A stretch of DNA of 62,074 bases, the filler included, from Stramenopiles sp. TOSAG23-2 (Eukaryota), in assembly GCA_900128395.1 (NCBI GenBank). It is 10 parts of 10 records of this genome, joined end to end, with 100 filler letters (N's around TTAATTAATTAA, not from the genome) between each part and the next. Parts side by side here need not be neighbours in the genome. Positions count along the whole stretch, not along the records: positions 18,700 to 24,827 come from LT650514.1; positions 24,928 to 31,045 come from LT650515.1; positions 31,146 to 37,262 come from LT650516.1; 7 more parts are not named here. One strand, written 5' to 3'. The notes under the pieces were generated by a model. That model did not search any database and was not told where the DNA came from. It was given only the letters and a program-made list of their open reading frames with translations. Position 1 is the stretch's first letter. The number at the start of each line of letters is the position of its first letter. Below, in pieces: positions 21,932-31,735 of the stretch. The position numbers and the translations under genes are program-made.

Positions 21932-23506
21932 TTAATAAGGCTTATCACCACCGCCTCCTGCTAATGGACAGTCCCGTTTCCAATGACCACTTTGACCACA
22001 GCCATGACAGACATAATTTGGTGGTGGAGCAGCTCGTTGTGGACAATCATTAATAAAATGCCCAGGTGTGTTACATAATCTACAAACATAGCCGGGAGGA
22101 GGTGCTTGTTTATTGGTTGATCCTCCGCTATACCTGCTACCTTGCCCACTTTGTCTTTGAGCATTTGCAGCTGCAATAATTGCTTTCGCGGCAGCTTGTA
22201 CAGATGATGCGCTTGATGCTGGTAAAGATGCAAAACCTTGCCCGGTGGTTTCTCTAGACAAATCTATACCTTCTGCTTGTTCTAATGCGGCCATATTGTG
22301 TTCACGTTCCACTTTATGATCTCCCGGTCTTGGTCGACACCAAAACTTCGTAGTAGTATCACCACTTGCACTTGCTAAAACATTACCTATTGGATTAAAT
22401 TGGACATCCCAAATTGCACTTTCATGTGCAAATGGCACAATTGCTTGTGGTTCATCGCATCCAACGGACCAATATATAATTTTGCCTTTCATATCTGCAG
22501 TGCATAAAACACGAGAATTGGTTGGGTGCCATGCAACAGCTGTTACTTCACAGTCATGACCTTTCCACGTTTGAAACTCACGCATAGTTCTAATATCATA
22601 TAATTTAATCATTTGATCTTTTCCACAACTGACGAACCAATTGCCATTAGGAGCCCAATCAACGCGCAATACTGTGTGGTTATGACCATATAATGTATTT
22701 AAACAAGTACCATTCTTTGCATCCCATAATTTGACTGTATTGTCCTTGCTCCCAGATACCAACAAAGGTTTTGTTGGGTGCCATCTTAACGATTTCACAT
22801 CCCAACCATGCCCCGTATGTCCAGAAAAGACACGTTCGCAACGATTAGCCCAAAAATCCCATACTTTAATCAATTTATCATCGCTACAAGTAGCAAATTT
22901 TTGATCCCCAGGTGCAAATGTAATGCTACGGACGGTCGCCATCCCATCATTAGTTGTATGTGCTTGTATTTGATGCATGGGTGCTAAACTAGATTGCCAT
23001 ATTTTTACTACACCATCATGGTCGCCTGATAACAACCACCTCCCATCGTGACTCCATGTTAAAGAACGAATGGGCCTTGTATGCGCCGGTATTAAAATTT
23101 CGAATTGAAAGCTTGTTCCATCCCATACAGCAAATTCGCCATTTGCTGCACCAGTAACAACCCGCCTTGAATCTTTCGTCCAACTAACTACGTTAATCGG
23201 TGTGCGGTTTTTATTGATAGATGTATGGCTATAACGGGTACACATGACTGCTGGTGGGCAATCACCATATTCACTTGGAGGTAACATATATCGAATATAG
23301 TCTCTGTGTGGCTGTAAAGGTCTACGACTACGATAATCTCTTTTATATACACGTTCACTTATCATACGAATTATTGATGGATTAGGATCAACATATCGTT
23401 TCGTGTATAAATTTAAAGTAGCTTGCGCATTAATTTTTGAAGAAGATCTAGCATCATCGATTATTATGCATGATTTATCATCGATTTTATTAGTTTTGGT
23501 GGTCAT
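21932..23506 (-). CDS. WDR33: Polyadenylation factor WDR33/PFS2/FY with two C-terminal CCHC zinc knuckles
   Basis: HTSINKNRTPINVVSWT..RRVVTG...GEF.VWDG..FQFE, WD40 repeats, and DTTTKFWCRPRPGD. Tail contains YVCRLCNTPGHFINDCP and YVCHGCGQSGHWKRDCP. Confidence 0.92.
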   Translation of the reverse strand: MTTKTNKIDDKSCIIIDDARSSSKINAQATLNLYTKRYVDPNPSIIRMISERVYKRDYRSRRPLQPHRDYIRYMLPPSEYGDCPPAVMCTRYSHTSINKNRTPINVVSWTKDSRRVVTGAANGEFAVWDGTSFQFEILIPAHTRPIRSLTWSHDGRWLLSGDHDGVVKIWQSSLAPMHQIQAHTTNDGMATVRSITFAPGDQKFATCSDDKLIKVWDFWANRCERVFSGHTGHGWDVKSLRWHPTKPLLVSGSKDNTVKLWDAKNGTCLNTLYGHNHTVLRVDWAPNGNWFVSCGKDQMIKLYDIRTMREFQTWKGHDCEVTAVAWHPTNSRVLCTADMKGKIIYWSVGCDEPQAIVPFAHESAIWDVQFNPIGNVLASASGDTTTKFWCRPRPGDHKVEREHNMAALEQAEGIDLSRETTGQGFASLPASSASSVQAAAKAIIAAANAQRQSGQGSRYSGGSTNKQAPPPGYVCRLCNTPGHFINDCPQRAAPPPNYVCHGCGQSGHWKRDCPLAGGGGDKPY

Positions 23507-24424
23507 ATCTACATTTGCTATATTATTAGTAGTAGTAATAGTTATATTATGTGTGCAATGTGTTTTAAAATTATGTTGAGTTTCTAAAATGGTAAATTAC
23601 TTGTAATATAATAAAATATTTTGTTTATAATTTTATAAATGAGAATGATATGTAAATCCATTTGTGGAGTGTAAATATATATATATATTTCGATGGAAAT
23701 TAAAATGGACTAATCAAAAAAATCCTCCTCCTGCAACAACAAATCCAAATATTTTTTTTTTCATTTTTTTTCATCAGCAAAAATCAAATTAAAATGTGCA
23801 AATTAAAATGCTCCATGTACAGTGCTAGCTATTCTAATTCAGACTATATTTAGGCTAGAAATAGCATTGTAAAACCTTAAAAATACCCTGATTGTACTCG
23901 AAATAGAAGCCACACAGCACTAAATCTATGTCCAGGATTTTAATGCTGGTGGTATGTTGCTATGAATTTTACGCAAACACATAACGTTGGTGTATTCGTA
24001 TTAGTATAGGTACATGGTAGTATCAGCGGTAATTAAAATGATATTATTCTTATGCTATTATATTTAACTTATTAACCAGTTTCATCACACTTACACTACA
24101 TTAATTTATACTATTATTTAAGTGATATATCAGTTGGAACAATATATGATTTACCATCAACACAGCAGCTACAAACGACTGTATGCAACAACAACAAGTT
24201 TTTTGTCGTAGAGAAGTTCAATTTAAAAATACCAATTACAATGTTTATACCATTAGCGTTTTGCAGAAATATAAAGCAAGGCGTCGAGATAAAAACATAT
24301 TTCAAAGAAAAACAACAACAAAACTAGACAACAACAGAATAAAAAAACAAAACAATAAGAAAACAATAGAACAAATCAGGAAAACAACGTAAAAGAAGAA
24401 AAAACTAAAAAGCAATATATAAAG

Positions 24425-24827
24425 ATGGGAGCAGGAGCAAGTGTACAAATTGATGAAACTACAAGCAATGTATTGAAAGAAGAAAGCCTTAAACCACTTG
24501 ACGCATCTGATGTTGCAACACCAAGAGGTGAAAGTGCTAAAGCTGAAGTAATTAGACTTCGTGCTTTGATTGCAGAAAATGCAAAAAAGACTGAGGCGAC
24601 AGCTACTACAACAGAAGAAGCACCTAAAGAAGGTGGAGATGCAACAGCTGAAACGACTGCAACTGAAGCACCTAAAGAGGAAGCACCTAAAGAGGAAGCA
24701 CCTAAAGAAGGTGGAGATGCAACAGCTGAAACGACTGCAACTGAAGCACCTAAAGAAGAAGCACCTAAAGAGGAAGCACCTAAAGAAGGTGGAGATGCAA
24801 CAGCTGAAACGACTGCAACTGAAGAAG
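24425..24827 (+). CDS. Probably N-myristoylated acidic repeat protein, 3' truncated
   Basis: MGAGAS start. 78-bp (26-aa) repeat EGGDATAETTATEAPKEEAPKEEAPK running into the contig end. Confidence 0.75.
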
Positions 24828-25151
24828 NNNNNNNNNNNNNNNNNNNNNNNNNNNNNNNNNNNNNNNNNNNNTTAATTAATTAANNNNNNNNNNNNNNNNN
24901 NNNNNNNNNNNNNNNNNNNNNNNNNNNTATACTATATTTATTTTAATACTGTTTTCCTTAAATATTTATTTCTTCCAAGTCTCTTCTTTGTTATCTTGAA
25001 ACGTTAACACCCCTACATCAGGGCAGGGAATGCCAGAATGATGAGTGAATATGCACAATTTATTACATGTTGCACATCATCAAATGAATATGATGATGGT
25101 TTTAATAAATACTAGTATAATTCCATTCAATAGTGCAATAATAGGCAATAC

Positions 25152-25169
25152 TAGAGCGGATCCTCTCTA
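25152..25169. mobile_element. Second copy of the 18-bp hAT-like mini-element, 8-bp TSD GGCAATAC
   Basis: GGCAATAC at 25144-25151 and 25170-25177 flanks TAGAGCGGATCCTCTCTA. Confidence 0.7.
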
Positions 25170-25221
25170 GGCAATACCACGTTATTGATTTGAATTTCAA
25201 TAAGAGAAAATTACAATTTAA

Positions 25222-25302
25222 AAATCATTTTTGATTTGAGATGTTAATGAACGGGAGTAAAAGAAATTTATATAATATATGAGTAAGAGAACATTTTATA
25301 TA
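25222..25302 (+). repeat. ~81-bp dispersed repeat (inverted copy at 36174-36254)
   Basis: AAATCATTTTTGATTTGAGATGTTAATGAACGGGAGTAAAAG...ACATTTTATATA matches the reverse complement of 36174-36254 with about 2 mismatches. Confidence 0.8.
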
Positions 25303-25765
25303 TATCAAATATGTAAATTTAATTTACGCATATATAATATAATTTATTTTTAATTTACTCATGATAATTCCTACTCTTCAAAAGAATAAAATAACTGAAA
25401 TAATCTATCTCACACAAGTGTGTTGATATTCTCATAATCGAAAATACCAATGAAGGTAAATAGATAGTATCAACTACTCATAATAGCTGATGGAAAACGG
25501 ACATCATATGAAGGCGGAGAATAAATTGTACCAGGGTACAAATCATTATAATATAAAAAATTCTAAATAAGAGAATTTTTTATATTTTATTATTATATAA
25601 AGATTTTAACCATCCTTTTTAAATATATATATATATATGCATAAAATATAAATATATGCATTATGATACGTATCACATTTTATATTTCGTATCATATATA
25701 TATACATGAAAGAGAATTTTTTATATCATACATGTATCATCTGATATATTATAAAACACGAAGAC

Positions 25766-27697
25766 TTAAGAATTTTGAGCAGCCTCTGCTGCTCTTTTCT
25801 TCTCTCGTAGAAGCCTTTCTGCCTCCTTCTTTTTTCGTAAATCTGCGAGAAATTGCGCATCTCGAATTGCTTGTTCAGCATCTCTAGCTTCTTTTGCTTT
25901 ACGAGCTCTCTCTGCCCGTACATAGTCTATCAGTTCAACTAGCATTTCTTCATGGAGTTCCCGTTGATCTTCCTCCATTCTTTCCAACGCAAGTTGTCTT
26001 CTAATTGCAATCTCTTCCTCTGTTTCAAGTTCCTCATCTGCTTCATCTGGAATTACCAATTTACGGCAATGAATACCATCCACTGGACCTTGCACTGCAC
26101 TAACAATGCAGAACTCCGCGCTTTCACGAAATACATTATCATATCGAATACTTTTGATCTTTACACGATAAACTCTTCCAACTCTTGCAAGTCTCGGGCA
26201 ATGCCAATGAAATTCACCTGTATACGTCGTAGATGTATTGTCATATACAACTGGTATCGGATATTGACCACCAAAAATTTCTGCGACAAATGCTGCATTT
26301 CTATATAATGCAATTGTAATTTCTCCTTTAATTGTTTGTGTAGATTCAAATTTGATAACTACAGGGGCTCCTCGCAACCACCTTGTAGATGATTTAGGTT
26401 CAATCAAAGCGATTTGTCCAGCATCTAATGTTTTACATGTATCACTCCATGACCATGGACCCCATCCTATATCATTATGTGCACGCACTCGTACTCTGTA
26501 TTTTGTTCTAGGCTCTAAATCGTTTACCGTTGATAAAACTTCGTCTCCTTTATGTACATTACTGGTAACCCAAATCCCATTAAAGGTTGATTTACGGAAC
26601 TGCACTTCATATTTATCGATCGGAGCACCATTATCATACGGATGTGACCATTCAAATCTAATGTCACTAACGCCAACACGATGAATTATCGGTATACCAG
26701 GCGCCTCCGGTTTGTCTTTTAATGTTTGTACACGTTTTGAGGGCTCAGATGGTGGTCCCCAACCAGCCCAGCTTCGTGAAAGGATTCGAAATTGGAACCA
26801 GCTTGCTGGCCTTAAATCTAACATTTTATATAGGATTTTTTCTGCACCACATTCGATTACTGTTATCCATTTATTTGGATCATCTGGATCGGTTTTCTCT
26901 AATCTATATTTATCGATTGGTGCACTCCATCTAACAGCTGGTAAAGCCCACTGTATTCGAATCGAACGGGCACGTATTTTATCAACCTCAGGGCGATCTG
27001 GTGCTTCTGGTTCTTTTGACGCACGTTGCAATCTATCTCCCCACCCATCATCAATAGCATAATTTTTAGGTATTTTTGGCGCAGAGCTCAGCTTTACAAC
27101 ATCCGCACCGAGCACAGCAAATTGTAGAGCACATTCTACGTGACCTCTCATACTTGCAAGAATTAAAGGTGTCTGCGTTGTCACATTTAACGCATCCACT
27201 GTTGCTTCCTTAGCCAATAACATTTTAACAATTTCAACATGCCCCAAATATGCAGCATGATGCAAAGGTGTCCAGCATTGTTTATCTAAAGCATTAACAT
27301 TCGGGAATTGCTTAGAACGTCTTGGTTGATCCAATAAAATTTTAACAATATTGCCAAAACCTTTATTACAAGCAATGTGCAATACAGTCCAATTATCCAC
27401 ATTAACTGAATTTGCCAGAGATTTCACACTTAAAAGATATTTAACAATATGCGCATGCCCTCTATACGTCGCAGACATCATTGGTGTATGATGAAATGGG
27501 TCTTTTTCTAACAAAGGAGAATTAGCCGGACTTTCCCCAATATTTTCCACCGCATAGAGGTGTTCTTCAACAGCATTTTTTATATAATCAAGATCACCAT
27601 TCCACGCAGCATTAAGGAAAGGTGAACCACGCATAAATAGTGATGCACCTAAACCTTTTACACCTTCTAAACCAAATGCATTGTGTGCATACTGCAT
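25766..27697 (-). CDS. Ankyrin-repeat + fibronectin type III protein with coiled-coil tail
   Basis: TPMMSA, TVLHIAC, TPLHHAA and TPLILAS ankyrin repeats. Two FN3 domains (YQ/KYR..RVRAHNDIGWGPWS). Confidence 0.85.
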   Translation of the reverse strand: MQYAHNAFGLEGVKGLGASLFMRGSPFLNAAWNGDLDYIKNAVEEHLYAVENIGESPANSPLLEKDPFHHTPMMSATYRGHAHIVKYLLSVKSLANSVNVDNWTVLHIACNKGFGNIVKILLDQPRRSKQFPNVNALDKQCWTPLHHAAYLGHVEIVKMLLAKEATVDALNVTTQTPLILASMRGHVECALQFAVLGADVVKLSSAPKIPKNYAIDDGWGDRLQRASKEPEAPDRPEVDKIRARSIRIQWALPAVRWSAPIDKYRLEKTDPDDPNKWITVIECGAEKILYKMLDLRPASWFQFRILSRSWAGWGPPSEPSKRVQTLKDKPEAPGIPIIHRVGVSDIRFEWSHPYDNGAPIDKYEVQFRKSTFNGIWVTSNVHKGDEVLSTVNDLEPRTKYRVRVRAHNDIGWGPWSWSDTCKTLDAGQIALIEPKSSTRWLRGAPVVIKFESTQTIKGEITIALYRNAAFVAEIFGGQYPIPVVYDNTSTTYTGEFHWHCPRLARVGRVYRVKIKSIRYDNVFRESAEFCIVSAVQGPVDGIHCRKLVIPDEADEELETEEEIAIRRQLALERMEEDQRELHEEMLVELIDYVRAERARKAKEARDAEQAIRDAQFLADLRKKKEAERLLREKKRAAEAAQNS

Positions 27698-28250
27698 GTT
27701 TCAGTAATTACATACACAGGTATTGCAAGAAAGAAAGCTATATAAATAATATGATACAAATCAGCTGTAGTTTTTATAAGTAATGAACTAATAATATTGT
27801 GGATTACTTTTACATACACATCCGTATATGATTTTCTAAGTTTATATTAAATATATAATAATTTATAAAAAAGAAGAGAAGTGTCGTATAATTGCTAACG
27901 GTTCTTCATCACATCATCACATCATACCAGGTACCACTGGGTAGCTACTGTGGTGTTATTATATATTATAATACAGTATGTCTATCACTTCTAACATGGC
28001 AGCGTCCATCATCCATCAACAAAAAAAGGCTGAATTGGAGGGTTTCTTTCTTTTTTTCATGCTAAATCAATGCTAAAGTTTTTATTTTTATTTAAGAAGA
28101 ATCATCTTCTAATAATAATAAGAATAATAGCAACATAAACAATAATAGTACTATAGTTTACTTCAGCTTATTTATTATTACAAAAGTATTGCATTTATAC
28201 TTTATTTATATGTAATTTAAATGTGAAGTAAAAAGGCCAAATACTAAAAA

Positions 28251-29039
28251 ATGTTTACAAATACATTTATCACAACTTTAACAAACGGCATTTTCGATTT
28301 CCTCAACCATTCTAACACCAGTATTAATTTTGTGAAAATGAATATGCTTCAACAGAAACTTGCTGCTGCTAATAATAGTAATAGTGGCAATGGACAAGGT
28401 AAAATGGGCACTTCGTCTGATTCGAAGAAAAAGCAAGGAAAAAAAGTTAAGTCTATAAGACTTGGAAAAAAAGATCCATACTTATTAAAAGAGTTATTTA
28501 GAGCCAGTAAAGAATGTAAAATAAAAACACTGGAAGCTTTACTTCAAAATGAATATGGTACGGCCCGGCTTCCAGTTAATGCTACAGACGATATTCCTGG
28601 AATAGATGGATCTGGCTGGAACTCCTTGCATTATTTATGCTCTTCTAAACCTCTAACTCAAGATCAATTTATAGCTATGGATCCAGATGATCCTATTGAA
28701 CCAAAACGATGCTTAGATTTATTGTGTGGGTGGAATATAGATATTAATAAACAAGATAAAGACGGTTTAACTCCACTTCACGTAGCGGTTTTAAGCAACA
28801 ATAGGCGTATAGTAAAATTACTCCTCTTTCGAGGCGCTGATATGAAACTTGCAACAAAAGAAGGAAATACCGCAGCAAGTTTAGCGCAACAGAGTGGATA
28901 TCCTGATATCGAACAAGTGTTGATTGATAGAGATTTACACTTAATAAGTATTAAGAACAAGAAAAATGAACTTAAAGAAAATAAGAATAAAGACGGTGGT
29001 CTTTTTGGTTTGGGATGTTGTGTTGGACAACGTGAATAA
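28251..29039 (+). CDS. Ankyrin-repeat protein (true start may be 28338)
   Basis: GWNSLHY, DKDGLTPLHVAV...LLFRGAD. C-terminal GCC may be acylated. Confidence 0.8.
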   Translation: MFTNTFITTLTNGIFDFLNHSNTSINFVKMNMLQQKLAAANNSNSGNGQGKMGTSSDSKKKQGKKVKSIRLGKKDPYLLKELFRASKECKIKTLEALLQNEYGTARLPVNATDDIPGIDGSGWNSLHYLCSSKPLTQDQFIAMDPDDPIEPKRCLDLLCGWNIDINKQDKDGLTPLHVAVLSNNRRIVKLLLFRGADMKLATKEGNTAASLAQQSGYPDIEQVLIDRDLHLISIKNKKNELKENKNKDGGLFGLGCCVGQRE

Positions 29040-29227
29040 TTATACATGTGCGCGTGTAATTTTCGATAACAATTACGAACGTCGAATTATTATATTGACA
29101 TAAAAAATATCACACATTTTTATTTTTATATTTTTTTAAATACTTCTCAAATGCTTACCTGGCTTACTCGTATTTTTAAAATATTTTTGATATCATATAT
29201 TTTTTTATATTTTGATATCTCGTTTTT

Positions 29228-31045
29228 TTACAAGACATAATCATTACTCTTTCGATTATCAGTGAAAAATACCGAAGTTTTGGTAAAATCAACAAATTCC
29301 CAATTACAGTCTTCGTAGTACAAGACACGATGACCATGACTCTCCACATGAAACGTATCTATATAAGCTTTATACCATGCTTTATCCTCTGGCCAGTAAA
29401 TATGAGCTTCACGTCCAATGATCATTTGGCTAAAATTAACATTTTTCAAACAACCTAGGCAATAATATACAATCTTGTCTGTTGTTCTTGGTTGTAAAGT
29501 GATCTCGTTTCCACAATTTTTTAGACAATTGGGACAGGTTGCACTACGAGCTGTAGCATTCTTACGAGTCGATGTTGTTGTCGTAGACGAGCTGCTGCTN
29601 NNNNNNNNNNNNNNNNNNNNNNNNNNNNNNNNNNNNNNNNNNNNNGTCGTAGACGAGCTGCTGCTACCGTTGGACGATCGAGCCGGTGATCGACTTTTCA
29701 TTCGATCCAATCCAGCATCAATAACCTGCAGCATACTCATTTGTTTATTAACTTCTCTTTCCAATATTCCAGCATGTTGATATACTTCAGATATCGATTC
29801 GTTATATTTTCTTGCATTTGCAACAAGTTTTTTTATATCAGACGAAAGTTTTTGCCTATTAATATATTCTCCATTTTGAATCTTTTCAGCTATTTCATTT
29901 AACGAAATCGGATCTTTTATCTTGCTACTGTAGTCAGGGAATTTTTCATCAGATGGTATGTGTTGAAAATGTTTTGTACAATCCTCTCCGTAAAGATCTC
30001 GTTTTTCAGTAATTGCTTTAAATATACGACTCAAATCAACATCCAATTTAAGAAGATGTGCCTTTCTCGATCTTTTTCTCAACCTTTCTTTAATTTGTTC
30101 AATTTTTTCTTCAAACGTCAATTCGCGTGGTGGCGGCGATGGTACTCGTGGAGCTTTTTTGGCTTTTTTCGCTGGTTCTGACATCATCTTCAGCTTTTTA
30201 GAGGAAGTTTTTTCATTACGACTATCGTTATTATCAGGAACTTGCTCCGCCCTATCCTTCTCTTCCTCCTCCTCCTCGTCATGTTTACGCTTTTTTTTCG
30301 ATTTTTTTGATTTCTTCCCCTTCTTTTTCTTCTTTTCGATATTCTTACTACTACTACTATTCTTACTGCTAGCGCCATTACGGTTACTTCCCACTTGTTC
30401 ATCATCTGCTGTTTCATCGTAAAGTAAATATTGTTGCGATGGTATTTTTACACCATCATTACCTCGCATTCTTTTCTTATCTTCAATTTGTTCTCGTCTC
30501 GTTCTTCTTGACATTGGCCCATTCTTCGGCTCATATTTGGTCCTTTCTGCTTCAAAAAAATTAAATTCACAATCAAAAATGCGTCTTTCAATTCGTACAC
30601 GTTTCTTCAATACATCTATTAAAGTTCGTGTACGATCAATGTCTCTGCGCACCGCAAGGAGATCTTTTAAGCCTTTTGGTAAAGGCCTTGTTGACTTTTT
30701 CTTTCTCCAAACCCCTTCCACTTTGTTAAATTCCAAATGTGATGGCCAATGTGTTGGACAATAATTGTACAAGCTTACCCCAGTACCGCCAACAGCTTTT
30801 CTAGTGTAAAAACAATTTGACATTGCTGCACATAACGGATGAAACTTCCGATAACATCCCGGTTCAGCACATTGCACACATGCACTATGATCAAACGCAT
30901 CTTGCTTACCCCCCAATTGGCATATGCAGCACCGATGGCCGAAATGTGATTTTTGAATATTCTTTATTACACATGCTTTGTTTATCCAATGTGTCCCGGG
31001 TACCCACGATGCACAAAAGGTATGCACCCATTTCCCAGAAGCTGT
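29228..31045 (-). CDS. BRPF/JADE-like chromatin reader: extended PHD, bromodomain and Tudor-like tail; 5' truncated
   Basis: HTFCASWVP...CCIC...ACVQC..GC..KFHPLCA...YCPTH (ePHD); FPDYSSKIKDPISL...NARKYN (bromodomain); IYWPEDKAWY...HRVLY (Tudor-like). Confidence 0.85.
   Translation of the reverse strand, partial: TASGKWVHTFCASWVPGTHWINKACVIKNIQKSHFGHRCCICQLGGKQDAFDHSACVQCAEPGCYRKFHPLCAAMSNCFYTRKAVGGTGVSLYNYCPTHWPSHLEFNKVEGVWRKKKSTRPLPKGLKDLLAVRRDIDRTRTLIDVLKKRVRIERRIFDCEFNFFEAERTKYEPKNGPMSRRTRREQIEDKKRMRGNDGVKIPSQQYLLYDETADDEQVGSNRNGASSKNSSSSKNIEKKKKKGKKSKKSKKKRKHDEEEEEEKDRAEQVPDNNDSRNEKTSSKKLKMMSEPAKKAKKAPRVPSPPPRELTFEEKIEQIKERLRKRSRKAHLLKLDVDLSRIFKAITEKRDLYGEDCTKHFQHIPSDEKFPDYSSKIKDPISLNEIAEKIQNGEYINRQKLSSDIKKLVANARKYNESISEVYQHAGILEREVNKQMSMLQVIDAGLDRMKSRSPARSSNGSSSSSTXXXXXXXXXXXXXXXXSSSSSTTTTSTRKNATARSATCPNCLKNCGNEITLQPRTTDKIVYYCLGCLKNVNFSQMIIGREAHIYWPEDKAWYKAYIDTFHVESHGHRVLYYEDCNWEFVDFTKTSVFFTDNRKSNDYVL
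29600..29645. other. Genuine scaffold gap inside a Ser/Thr coding repeat
   Basis: N run without the TTAA linker. GTCGTAGACGAGCTGCTGCT occurs on both sides. Confidence 0.85.
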
Positions 31046-31735
31046 NNNNNNNNNNNNNNNNNNNNNNNNNNNNNNNNNNNNNNNNNNNNTTAATTAATTA
31101 ANNNNNNNNNNNNNNNNNNNNNNNNNNNNNNNNNNNNNNNNNNNNTATTGGGTCTACTTTAATAAATGTTTCGATTGATATGTGTTATATATATATATAT
31201 CTATATTGCTTTTGTAATATTTATTGTTGAATGTGAGAATGTGCGAATGCTTGAATATTTAAACATAACGTATATTGTGCTATTCATCATAATAAATAAT
31301 AAATTACTGAATTAGCTCTACCTCTGATTTGTCATACTATATCACCGACGGCAATATATATTATACCTTAAAAGTGTGGCGCCGCCAGCACTCGGTTTTA
31401 CGTATAGTATCATTACATCATTACTGGCATACACCACACAGCATATAGGCACCACCTTACTTACTTACTAGCGACTGTAAAAAAAAGATATGTTGTGGTT
31501 ATGGTAAATATTAATCTACAACACATAGATGACTATGTATATATAGAAATATAGATGGGTTGGACGTAATATATATCTTATACATCGCTTCGCTCCTTGC
31601 TTTTTTAAAAGGAGAGAAGCAAGACGTAGAAGACGAGACACCATTAGTGTGAAGGGACCGAGTAAGATTCCATCATCCACTTACCCATCCAACACTCACA
31701 ACACTTAGACCTCCACCACCACAACCAACAACAAC

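Noticed and set aside
29151-29163. U1 snRNA 5' end (CTTACCTGG), also at 9774-9782
   Set aside because: No U1 stem-loops or Sm site follow. These are reverse-strand splice-donor-like sequences, and the 29158 one has no evident acceptor.
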